This document shows, one piece after another, positions 19,124-27,583 of a stretch of DNA of 64,000 nt. The number at the start of each line of letters is the position of its first letter. The stretch's first letter is position 1. A program made the translations under genes and the position numbers. The notes beneath the pieces were generated by a model. It saw nothing but the letters and a program-made list of their open reading frames with translations, was not told the origin of the DNA and searched no databases. Origin of the DNA: Acidilobaceae archaeon (lineage in GTDB: Archaea > Thermoproteota > Thermoprotei_A > Sulfolobales > Acidilobaceae); NCBI GenBank assembly GCA_038897215.1, contig JAWAWX010000001.1, forward strand, positions 448,001-512,000, in the 5' to 3' direction.

Positions 19124-19261
19124 CTCAGCACTCAAGACCCTCCTCACAGACCCCCCTCTCGGATACGCCGAGCTCAGCACCTCGAGGAGAATAGAGCAGG
19201 TAGTCGCCTAAAAGTGTTTCCGCTAGAGCCACGTGGGAGCTGTTCTCCCGGAGGCTACTGT

Positions 19262-20560
19262 CTACGTTAAGCGCGGTCTCCTGACGTGGCCGAAGTCTGC
19301 TACAGTCCCCGTTCTCTCCATCACCACCTCGGCTCTATCGTCGAAAACCCACTCGGCTAGCACCGCTCCCCCGGGAGTCAGCACTCTTATAGAGGCTATC
19401 CTGAGAGCTACGCTCTGCCCTATCCACGCGTCGACAAGAGAAGCTACTATGGTGACGTACTCGCTAGTGAAGCCCGATAAGTCTACCGTTGCTCTATTCG
19501 TCCTCCAATCGTACCACCCGGTCTGCCTCTCTGGCGACGTGTACTGCAGGACGACCACGTGCCTGTAATTTTCCTCAATGCGTCTATCGTTAGTTGGGAA
19601 GGCTTGGTCTCTCGATAGAACCGAGTCGGCTACGCTCACACGCCCAATCTCTCGAGCGCCTTCGAAGGTGAAGTAGCCTCTCCAGGTTATCTCGAGCACG
19701 TTTCCGTGCAGGAGGTCTCTGGGGACTACTATCAGGACAGCGCCCTGACCCATAGACCTAGCGCCGGCTGAATAGCTATCAATCTCTAGGACTCTGCGTC
19801 CTATGTCGCGGTCGTCAGCCATGCTGAACCTTATGTCAGGGTTCCAGTCGGTACGGACATAGACGTCGTGTTCTCTGAGCCCGACCACCGGGGATGTGAT
19901 GTTGAGAACAACGGGGTAGAAGGCGCTCACGCCGGGTGTCTGAACCCACCAGACGTAGTCCAGCCTCACCATGCAGCGAGTCCCATAGGCCATCTCGAAG
20001 CCGCCGATTAAGCTGAAAGCGTGCCACTTAACGCTCCACGCGGGCGGAGGGGCTTCGCTCAGAGGGCTCGTGGAGCTAGAGACAACCTGCCCCCGGGTTA
20101 TCACGATATTCGTCGTGGTAGTCGCCCCCGTCCTGGACCTGAGCGATATCGTTGTGTTGAAGTGCGAGAGAGCGTAGTTAGCCGGGAGCCCGGGCGTCAG
20201 CCCAGCGCACTCAACCGGCGTAGCGCTCGAGAGGCGGAGCATAGAGGTGAAGCCTGTGCTCATATTGCTATACACGTCGAGAAGCCTGTAAGACGGGGAC
20301 CTGCTGCCCGCGGAAGCCTCTACGAGAGCGCTGATCCCATAGGGCCCGATGCGCGCGATGACGCCTGAGCTCGCGGGAGGGCTCTCGAACCAGACAACGG
20401 GGTGCGCTACAGCAGCCAAGCCATCAACATGTCTATAGGCGAAAACCCCGGCCGAGGCGGAGAAGAGCACTACCGCTATCAGCGCTACCGCTATAAGGGC
20501 TCTAGCCAGTTTGTAGGCGCAGCTGTCGGCTTCACAGCTCATAGCAATGGTTAACCCCAT
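19262..20560 (-). CDS. secreted/surface beta-rich hypothetical protein
   Basis: N-terminal hydrophobic signal (LIAVALIAVVLFSASAG), Ser/Thr-rich middle, beta-sandwich-like C-terminus. Confidence 0.75.
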   Translation of the reverse strand: MGLTIAMSCEADSCAYKLARALIAVALIAVVLFSASAGVFAYRHVDGLAAVAHPVVWFESPPASSGVIARIGPYGISALVEASAGSRSPSYRLLDVYSNMSTGFTSMLRLSSATPVECAGLTPGLPANYALSHFNTTISLRSRTGATTTTNIVITRGQVVSSSTSPLSEAPPPAWSVKWHAFSLIGGFEMAYGTRCMVRLDYVWWVQTPGVSAFYPVVLNITSPVVGLREHDVYVRTDWNPDIRFSMADDRDIGRRVLEIDSYSAGARSMGQGAVLIVVPRDLLHGNVLEITWRGYFTFEGAREIGRVSVADSVLSRDQAFPTNDRRIEENYRHVVVLQYTSPERQTGWYDWRTNRATVDLSGFTSEYVTIVASLVDAWIGQSVALRIASIRVLTPGGAVLAEWVFDDRAEVVMERTGTVADFGHVRRPRLT

Positions 20561-20790
20561 TATAATAACGTGGTTAGATTCCTATATAAGGTTTATAGTC
20601 TAGAGTCGGGGGGCTTCGCAGCGAGCGATGCCGGCCGAGGCCGCTCGCTCCGCTCTCCCGGCCTCCCACGGGTCCCTTGTGGGGCTCGAAGCCATCCCGC
20701 GAGGCTCTCGGGGGGCGCGTGTGGCCTCAGGTGCTCTAGGCGGAGATAGCGGGCTTAGAGAGCGCTCGCTGCCTCGACCGGCGTGAAGGC

Positions 20791-21078
20791 TTAGACCCTC
20801 GTGCTGGATGGGAGCAACGGCCCCGCGTCGTGCCACTTGGGGGGCTCTATTCCAGCGAGTCTAAGTGAGGCTTTGAGGAGCAGCTCTACGATGAGCAAGT
20901 CCGTATCGCTATCTGGTCTAGCCTCGCCTCTAGCGGCCGAGCCGAATACTACGAGAGAGACCAGGTCGTTGCCCAGCCTTTTCGAAGCCTCTGCTAGGAG
21001 CTTCTCGAGGAGAGAAGCGTACGGCTCCCCCAGCCTCCCCCTAGAGCCTCCGGTGCTCTCAGAGCGTTCAGCGCTCAA
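20791..21078 (-). pseudogene. minimal nucleotidyltransferase fused by deletion to a HEPN fragment (MNT-HEPN remnant)
   Basis: VVFGSAARGEARPDSDTDLLIV (MNT) runs directly into ELLLKASLRLAGIEPPKWHDAG (HEPN), then stops prematurely. Confidence 0.8.
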
Positions 21079-21324
21079 CCCCGGCTCTTCCCCGAGGCTC
21101 CGCTGCTACGCGAGACTAAATGCTGGCTCTCGTCGCTAGCCGTAGCCAACGTGCACTACCGAGCGCCTCCACGGGACTCCGCTGCCGCGTCTTGAGCGCT
21201 AGAGGCTGATATAGGCTGCGGGCTTGGCGCTCGAGCCGCCATAGCCTAGCCGCGGCGGCGTCCTCAAGTCTTTTCGCTGGGCAACGTGGAGCCTCCGGCG
21301 GCCTTAGCGATAGGAGGCGGGTAG

Positions 21325-21400
21325 CGGGCCCGCCGGGATTTGAACCCGGGACCTCCGGCTCCGGAGGCCGGCGCTCTAGTCCTGGCTGAGCTACGGGCCC
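21325..21400 (-). tRNA. tRNA-Arg(CCG)
   Basis: acceptor GGGCCCG/CGGGCCC, anticodon arm CCGGC-CTCCGGA-GCCGG, T loop GTTCAAATC; CCA not encoded. Confidence 0.96.
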
Positions 21401-21439
21401 TCTCCTCTCCCTCTCGCATGCTCTCCCCCGTGGGGGGCT

Positions 21440-21461
21440 TTTTGTCTTAGTTTTGTCTTAG
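21440..21461. repeat. tandem 11-bp repeat TTTTGTCTTAG x2 in the tRNA-Arg/cdc6 divergent promoter region
   Basis: exact copies at 21440-21450 and 21451-21461. Confidence 0.7.
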
Positions 21462-21514
21462 CTGGTGATACTAGGGTTCTCGCTCGGTCTTCTCTCCCGC
21501 TTCTCCTACTTCTC

Positions 21515-22774
21515 TTGGAGCCGGTGGTTTCTGTGGAGGTTGTCGATGAGATCTTCAGGTCTGCTTTGAGGTCTAGAGTGTTCAGAGATAGAGAGAAGCT
21601 TCTACCAGACTACGTGCCCGAGGTCCTCCCCCACAGAGACGCTGAGATTAGGAGGGTTGCCTCAGTTCTAGCTCCTGCTCTCAGGGGGGAGAAGCCGAGC
21701 AATCTCTTCATCTACGGGCTCACGGGGACGGGGAAGACTGCTGTGGTCAGGTTCGTGTTGAGCAAGCTAGAGCAAGCTGCTAGAGAGGCAGGGGCTAGAG
21801 TGAAGAGCGTCTACGTGAACGTCAGGTATAGAGACACTCCCTACAGGGTCTTGGCTGAGATAGCTGAAAGCGTTGGCGTGAGGATACCGTTCACTGGGCT
21901 CTCTACGAGCGAGGTCTTCGATAGGATGGTTGGGAAGATGAGAGGCTCGGGGTACGTCTACGTCATTGTGCTAGACGAGATAGACTCTCTAGTCAGGAGG
22001 CACGGCGACGACCTCCTCTACAAGCTGACAAGAGTGAACACCCAGCTAGATGGGGCGAAGGTGTCGCTGATAGGGATAACGAACAGCATAGACCTAGTGG
22101 AGAACATGGACCCGAGGGTTAAGAGTAGCTTGAGCGAGGTGGAGACAGTGTTCCCGCCGTATAACGCTGACCAGCTCAGAGACATACTGGAGGCTAGAGC
22201 TAGAGAAGCGTTCGTAGATGGAGCGCTACACGAGGAGGTCATACCTCTCTGCGCAGCGCTAGCAGCTAGAGAGCACGGAGACGCTAGGAGAGCACTAGAC
22301 TTGCTTAGAGTAGCCGGGGAGATAGCGGAGAGGAGCGGCGCTAGCATAGTCACGCCGGAGCACGTGATGGCTGCTCGCGAGGAGATCGAGAGAGACAGAG
22401 TAGCCGACGTCGTAAGAGTGCTACCGCTACACAGCAAGCTAGTAGTGCTAGCAGTCATCCTAGCCACGGGGGGAGGGCTCGGCTACACGACCACAGGGGA
22501 GATATACGATGCCTACAGGAAGCTTACTCAAAGACTCGGCATAGAGACTGTCACAATGAGGAGAGTCAGCGGGATACTGGCAGAGCTAGACATGGCCGGG
22601 CTCCTAGCTGGCCGGGTCGTGAGCAGAGGCAGGTACGGGAAGACGAGAGTAGTAGAGCTGAAAGCAGACACACAACTTATACTTAAGACTCTAGCAGAAG
22701 ACCTTATGATAGAGGAGCTAGTAGAGGATGTGTCAAGAGAAGCGCTCGGAAAGCGTGGTAGTAGCTTGCGATGA
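21515..22774 (+). CDS. cdc6: Orc1/Cdc6 replication initiator (Cdc6-1 type)
   Basis: LLPDYVPEVLPHR, YGLTGTGKT, VLDEID, HGDARRALDLLR, C-terminal winged helix SRGRYGKT. Confidence 0.97.
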   Translation: MEPVVSVEVVDEIFRSALRSRVFRDREKLLPDYVPEVLPHRDAEIRRVASVLAPALRGEKPSNLFIYGLTGTGKTAVVRFVLSKLEQAAREAGARVKSVYVNVRYRDTPYRVLAEIAESVGVRIPFTGLSTSEVFDRMVGKMRGSGYVYVIVLDEIDSLVRRHGDDLLYKLTRVNTQLDGAKVSLIGITNSIDLVENMDPRVKSSLSEVETVFPPYNADQLRDILEARAREAFVDGALHEEVIPLCAALAAREHGDARRALDLLRVAGEIAERSGASIVTPEHVMAAREEIERDRVADVVRVLPLHSKLVVLAVILATGGGLGYTTTGEIYDAYRKLTQRLGIETVTMRRVSGILAELDMAGLLAGRVVSRGRYGKTRVVELKADTQLILKTLAEDLMIEELVEDVSREALGKRGSSLR

Positions 22775-23330
22775 CGGAGTAGTAGATAAGAGAAGGCAGA
22801 GAGCGGGAGTGGTAGCCTGCGTTCTCTGGGCCCGCGGGCCTGTGGACGTCGAGGCTTCAACAGCCCCCCTGGATATCCAGGAGTCCTCGTCTCTGATAGC
22901 TGGGCTCGCTCTCGCTCTAGCCTCTAGGAGCGGGCTGAGGCCAAGAGCCATACTCCTAGACTCTCTAACGATCCTCGGCTTCAGCGTAGTCTCCCCGCCC
23001 GCTCTAAGGAGGCTCTCGGGAGCCCCCCTCGTGGCTGTCTACAAGTACAAGCCTAGAGTAGAGAACCTAGAGGCTGCTCTCAAGAAGCACTTCCCGGACT
23101 GGAGGCTCAGGCTATCCGTTCTCAGAGTCTTGGAGAGAGTGGAGAGAGTTGAGACCAGGAGGGGGGAGCTCTACATCCTGCCCTGGGGGCTCTCTCTAGA
23201 AGAGGCCTCTGCTCTCGTGGCCGAGCTCCAGGAGTACTCGAGAACCCCCGAGCCTCTCAGACTAGCTCACTCTATAGCGTCAGAGCTCTCGAAGCTAGCG
23301 CTCATGAGGGGGAGTGATCGTAGCTTTTAG
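22728..23330 (+). CDS. DUF99 family protein (endonuclease V-like fold)
   Basis: VACDDG, ILLDSLTILGFSVV, PEPLRLAH. Confidence 0.85.
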   Translation: MCQEKRSESVVVACDDGVVDKRRQRAGVVACVLWARGPVDVEASTAPLDIQESSSLIAGLALALASRSGLRPRAILLDSLTILGFSVVSPPALRRLSGAPLVAVYKYKPRVENLEAALKKHFPDWRLRLSVLRVLERVERVETRRGELYILPWGLSLEEASALVAELQEYSRTPEPLRLAHSIASELSKLALMRGSDRSF

Positions 23331-23370
23331 CCTTCGGGAGCCCATAGAGGGGCTCGGAGAGGCGTGAGGC

Positions 23371-23559
23371 ATGGTTAGCATAGGGCCTATGGGCTTGCCA
23401 GAGCTCCTGATCATACTGCTGATACTGCTAATCATCCTTGGGCCCGGTAAGCTACCGAGTCTAGCTAGAGCTCTAGGAGAGTCTGTGAGAGAGTTCAGGA
23501 AAGCTGTGAGCAGTGAAGAGGAGGATAGGAGGAAGAAGGGGGAGAGAGCGGGAGAGTAG
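23371..23559 (+). CDS. tatA: twin-arginine translocase TatA/TatE subunit
   Basis: GLPELLIILLILLIILGPGKLPSLARALGESVREFRKA. Confidence 0.95.
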   Translation: MVSIGPMGLPELLIILLILLIILGPGKLPSLARALGESVREFRKAVSSEEEDRRKKGERAGE

Positions 23560-23571
23560 CGGAGACCCGGG

Positions 23572-23979
23572 TTGAAGCCATCGCTGAGGATAGCGGAGGG
23601 CTACCTCTACCTAGAGCTAGATGGGAGGGAGAGAGCGTTCATCAAGTTCTCGGCTGACAACGGGAAGCTCTACATTCTATCCACCTTCGTGCCCGAGAGC
23701 CACAGAGGGAGAGGGCTCGCTGGGAGGCTCGTAGAGGAGCTACTATCGTTCTCCGAGAGGAACGGCTTGAGTGTAGTCCCTCTCTGCTCCTACGCTGTGA
23801 GCTACTTCATCAAGAACAGAGAGAGGAGAGCTCTCCTAGCCGAGCCCTATAGGAGCATGAGCGATGAAGAGCTCCTCAGATACTACGAGGAGAGAGTGAG
23901 AGAGGAGTCTAGGAGGAGGCAGCTGAGGCTAGAGGAGCCCGGCAGGAGAGAGAGCCTAGACTGTCCGGTCTGCGGCTGA
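23572..23979 (+). CDS. GNAT family N-acetyltransferase (YjdJ-like)
   Basis: STFVPESHRGRGLA, VVPLCSYA. Confidence 0.88.
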   Translation: MKPSLRIAEGYLYLELDGRERAFIKFSADNGKLYILSTFVPESHRGRGLAGRLVEELLSFSERNGLSVVPLCSYAVSYFIKNRERRALLAEPYRSMSDEELLRYYEERVREESRRRQLRLEEPGRRESLDCPVCG

Positions 23980-23989
23980 GGGAGGGTCC

Positions 23990-25141
23990 TTGAGTAAGAG
24001 AGCCGTGGTAGCGTTCCTCTTACTCAGCCTGGTCTCTCTGCTGGCAGACGTGACGTACGAGGGGGGCAGGTCGGTCTCGGGGAGCTTCTTGAAGCACCTA
24101 GAGGCTCCTCTAGTAGCCGCTTCTCTGATAGCCGTGGGGGAGGTCATAGCGTACGCCTTCAGGCTAGTCGGGGGGGCTTTAGCTTGGAGGTTCGCCTCTC
24201 CTAGAGCCTACTGGGCTATGGTTTTCGCTGGCTACGCTATGAACGCTGGGATCCCTCTGCTAGCTCTGGTAGCAGACTGGAGGCTCGCTCTAGCGCTCTA
24301 TCTTATCGAGAGAGCGGGGAAGGGTCTCAGAACGCCTGTGAGAGACGCTTTGATAGCGGAGCTCACTGAGGGAGTGGGTAGAGGTAAGGCTTTCGCTGCC
24401 CACGAGGTGCTAGACCAGGTCGGCGCTGTAGCGGGGCCTCTGGCCGTGTCGCTAGCAATGAGCTGGAGCGGGGGTAGCTACAGTGTAGCCTTCGGGGTCC
24501 TGCTGGCTCCCTTCGCGGCCTCTCTCGTAGCGCTCTACGCCGCCTACCTGGCGTACAACACTATGAGGTCTCGGAGCGCTCCTCGCGCTCCAGCTGGCTT
24601 CGAGAGCTCCCGGCCTCTCTCCGCCCGCTGGCTCGCCCCGCTTCTAGTCTTCGCTTTCGCGCTCGGAGCAGGCTTCCTGCACTGGTCTCAGGCATCCTAC
24701 AGGCTGAGAGAAGCTGGGCTCGAGGACTCTGAGATAGCGTGGCTCTACGCTGTAGCCATGCTGAGCGATGCTCTAGCAGCGGTGCCTCTAGGCATCTTCT
24801 TCGACGCTGTCGGCTTGAGAAGCCTCATCCTGATGCCAGCTCTAGTGCTACTCTCTACTCTCGCGTTCTCAACAGGGTCTCCTCTACTCTTCGCTATAGC
24901 CTGGGGTGTGGCTATGAGCTCTTTCGAGACCATGCTGAAGGCTGCTATAGCCGTGGCATCAGCTGCTCGCGAGAGGCCTCTAGTCTACGCTCTAGCGTAC
25001 GTCTCTCTCGGAGCCGGCTGGACTCTAGGCAATCTCGTCATGTCGTACGCGGGGGTTAGCGCTCTATACGCTCTAGCCGTCGAGTTCCTAGCTCTAGCTG
25101 CTCTCGCTGTCTTCACAGCCGAGAGGACAAGGCTCTCTTGA
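23990..25141 (+). CDS. MFS transporter
   Basis: ADVTYEGGRS, ERAGKGLRTPVRDALI, DQVGAVAGP; about 12 TM segments. Confidence 0.9.
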   Translation: MSKRAVVAFLLLSLVSLLADVTYEGGRSVSGSFLKHLEAPLVAASLIAVGEVIAYAFRLVGGALAWRFASPRAYWAMVFAGYAMNAGIPLLALVADWRLALALYLIERAGKGLRTPVRDALIAELTEGVGRGKAFAAHEVLDQVGAVAGPLAVSLAMSWSGGSYSVAFGVLLAPFAASLVALYAAYLAYNTMRSRSAPRAPAGFESSRPLSARWLAPLLVFAFALGAGFLHWSQASYRLREAGLEDSEIAWLYAVAMLSDALAAVPLGIFFDAVGLRSLILMPALVLLSTLAFSTGSPLLFAIAWGVAMSSFETMLKAAIAVASAARERPLVYALAYVSLGAGWTLGNLVMSYAGVSALYALAVEFLALAALAVFTAERTRLS

Positions 25142-25976
25142 CAGCCTCCACGACGACTCTAGCGTCAGGAGACCTGGGCGGCTCTCTCTTGTGGCGAGAC
25201 CTCTCGACTAGAGAGACTACTCTCCTAACCGCACTCGCGTCAGCACCCGTGGCTCTAGCCGCTTCCTCCTCGCTCATCCCCAAGTCGGCGTAGCAGAAGA
25301 GGATTGGGTCTATCACGTCGAAGGGTAGCCCGAGCTCCTCCTCGGCGGTATGGCCTCTCCAGAGCCTGGGAGCGCTAGGCTTGCCCGCTATCCTCTCGGG
25401 CACCCCCAGGAATCTGGCGAGCTCTCTGACCTGAGTCTTGTAGACTACAGTTAGAGGCGCCACGTCGGACGCTCCGTCTCCGTGTTTGGTGAAGTAGCCT
25501 GTGAGGAGTTCCGTCCTATCGGTAGAGCCAGCTACCAGCATCCCTGTCTTGTTAGCGATGTAGTAGAGGATAGCCATCCTAGCTCTAGCCTTAAGGTTCC
25601 CTAGAGCCAACCTATCCGAGCCTACCCCCGCTCTCTCCAAGACTCGAGAGTACGCTGAGATAACCGGGTCTAGCTCGACCACCAAGAGCCTGCCCCCCAT
25701 GGCCTCAGCTAGCTCTTGAGCATCCTTCAGGTCCTCTGGGGGAGTGGCGTCGCTATCGGGGATCATGACTGGGACTACTCTGCCTGCTCCGAGAGCTCTG
25801 ACTGCTAGCGCGTAGAGAGTCGAGGAGTCAACACCTCCACTGAGCCCGAGAACGTATCCTCTAGCTCCCGCTCTCTCGAGGGACTCTCTGAGGAAGGCTT
25901 CGAGGTAGCGGGAGAGCCACTCGTAGTCAAGAGACTCTCTGAGAATCCTGGCTGTCACTACGGCCACGAGGCTCAT
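25113..25976 (-). CDS. nadE: NH3-dependent NAD+ synthetase
   Basis: GLSGGVDS, GNLKARARM, GYFTKHGDG, KPSAPRLW. Confidence 0.96.
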   Translation of the reverse strand: MSLVAVVTARILRESLDYEWLSRYLEAFLRESLERAGARGYVLGLSGGVDSSTLYALAVRALGAGRVVPVMIPDSDATPPEDLKDAQELAEAMGGRLLVVELDPVISAYSRVLERAGVGSDRLALGNLKARARMAILYYIANKTGMLVAGSTDRTELLTGYFTKHGDGASDVAPLTVVYKTQVRELARFLGVPERIAGKPSAPRLWRGHTAEEELGLPFDVIDPILFCYADLGMSEEEAARATGADASAVRRVVSLVERSRHKREPPRSPDARVVVEAVKRALSSRL

Positions 25977-26024
25977 CCGCGAGAGAGGCCGGAGGCTCGG
26001 GGGATTAATGTGTTAGCTGGGCTC

Positions 26025-27341
26025 TCAGAGCCCTAGGTATAGCTGGTACTCGTGGGGGTGGGGTTTGCTACGGACTGCTAGAGCTTCTCTCCTCTTGACC
26101 TCAATGTAGGACTCTAGTAGGCTCTCTGGGAACACGGGCTTGAGGTATTCTCTATCGCTCTCGAGCTCGTCTAGAGCCTCGTCTAGGCTTCTCGGGAGAA
26201 CCTCTATCCCTCTCCTCTTGGCCTCACTTCTGTCTAGCTTGTATAGATTGATGTTAACGGGCTCTCCTGGGTCTAGCTTCTTCTTGACTCCATCGAGTCC
26301 CGCTAGTATGACAGCTGGTATCGCGAGATAGGGGTTAGCAGTGGGGTCAGCCATCCTCACCTCTAGCCTGGTCTTGCTGTCGCTGTTAGCATAGGGGACT
26401 CTGACCATCACGGACCTGTTGTAGTAGCCCCAAGCCGCGTAGACGGGGGCCTCGTAGCCTGCTATCAGCCTCTTGTAGCTGTTGGTAGTGGGGGCTAGTA
26501 GAGCTGCTAGGCTACGAGCGTGAGCGAGCACTCCTCCTATGAAGTAGCGTGCTGTATCGCTGAGACCCCCGTCTCCAGCGAAGAGGTTTCTAGAGCTCTC
26601 CTTGCTCCAGAGGCTGACGTGGATGTGCATCCCGTTCCCGTTGTCTCCGTAGACAGGCTTAGCCATGAAGACGGCTTTGAAGCCAAGCCTGCTAGCAGTG
26701 CTTCTAGCCGCCCACTTGGCTGTCACAACGTTATCCGAGGTTCTGAGAACTCTCGCTGAGCCCATGGAGACCTCTATCTGAGAGACTGCTACCTCGTGGT
26801 GGGAGACGACGACGGGGATCTCGAGAGCCTCCAGAGCTCTAGTCAGCTCGAGCCTATACTCGAGAAGAGGGTCGCTTGGGTGAGAGAGCTGGTAGGAGCT
26901 TTTAGGCAAGCCGTTCCCCGCTATGGGGGTTATCTTGTAGCCTTGCTCAAACATCGAGTTGAAATCACTGAAAACCACGTCTTTGAACACGCTGAACTCG
27001 AGCTCGACCCCGACGAGAGCATCGAGACCGAGAGCGTCCAGGTGCTCCTCTACTCTCTCAGCCACTAGCCTCGGGTCTCTCTCAGCTCTAGAGCCTGGGG
27101 GCTCGTAGATCCTGCAGAGAGCCCTGTATACTCCGCTAAGCCAGGGGACGGGCTTGACGGTATCTCTATCGGGCTCGAGGAGAAGGTCGCTCTTCTCGAG
27201 AGAAGCTAGACCCATAGCGCTACTGCCGTCTATGTTAGCCAAGAACCTGGAGCCGTTATCGAGAGAGCTCAAGGGGACCTCGACGCTTCTCAGGAAGCCT
27301 GCTAGGTCTGTGTACTGCAAGAGTAATCTCTTGGACTCCAA
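26025..27341 (-). CDS. glnA: glutamine synthetase type I
   Basis: DGSS, ELEF, HHEVA, FMAKPVYGDNGNGMHIH, NSYKRL, NRS, EVRMADPTANPY. Confidence 0.96.
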   Translation of the reverse strand: MESKRLLLQYTDLAGFLRSVEVPLSSLDNGSRFLANIDGSSAMGLASLEKSDLLLEPDRDTVKPVPWLSGVYRALCRIYEPPGSRAERDPRLVAERVEEHLDALGLDALVGVELEFSVFKDVVFSDFNSMFEQGYKITPIAGNGLPKSSYQLSHPSDPLLEYRLELTRALEALEIPVVVSHHEVAVSQIEVSMGSARVLRTSDNVVTAKWAARSTASRLGFKAVFMAKPVYGDNGNGMHIHVSLWSKESSRNLFAGDGGLSDTARYFIGGVLAHARSLAALLAPTTNSYKRLIAGYEAPVYAAWGYYNRSVMVRVPYANSDSKTRLEVRMADPTANPYLAIPAVILAGLDGVKKKLDPGEPVNINLYKLDRSEAKRRGIEVLPRSLDEALDELESDREYLKPVFPESLLESYIEVKRREALAVRSKPHPHEYQLYLGL

Positions 27342-27523
27342 GAGAGCCCGCAGGCTTCTCTCTCAGACCAGAGCCTATAAGGGTTTCTAGACGTCTCACC
27401 AATAATTCTAACCACTTCGACATAAATAAGAAGCGAGCGTAGACTATAGACTAGCGGAGGCGACTTTAAGCTCTCGAGCGCGCCGCACCAGACCACTCTC
27501 GACTAATCCAGCAAACTATCAAT

Positions 27524-27537
27524 AAAAGCTTAAAACC
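27524..27537 (+). promoter_or_regulatory. BRE/TATA-like promoter of acs
   Basis: AAAAGCTTAAAACC upstream of a GGTG RBS and ATG 27584. Confidence 0.5.
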
Positions 27538-27583
27538 GTTCTCTAAGAACGCCTAGCTTGACTCCTGCAACCGGTGTGGGTTC

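Noticed and set aside
19124-21400. Integrated element at tRNA-Arg
   Set aside because: No duplicated tRNA 3' end (att site), integrase or transposase found; reported only as an accessory patch.
21401-21514. Replication origin beside cdc6
   Set aside because: Spacer is short, lacks repeated full ORBs with G-strings and lacks an AT-rich unwinding element.
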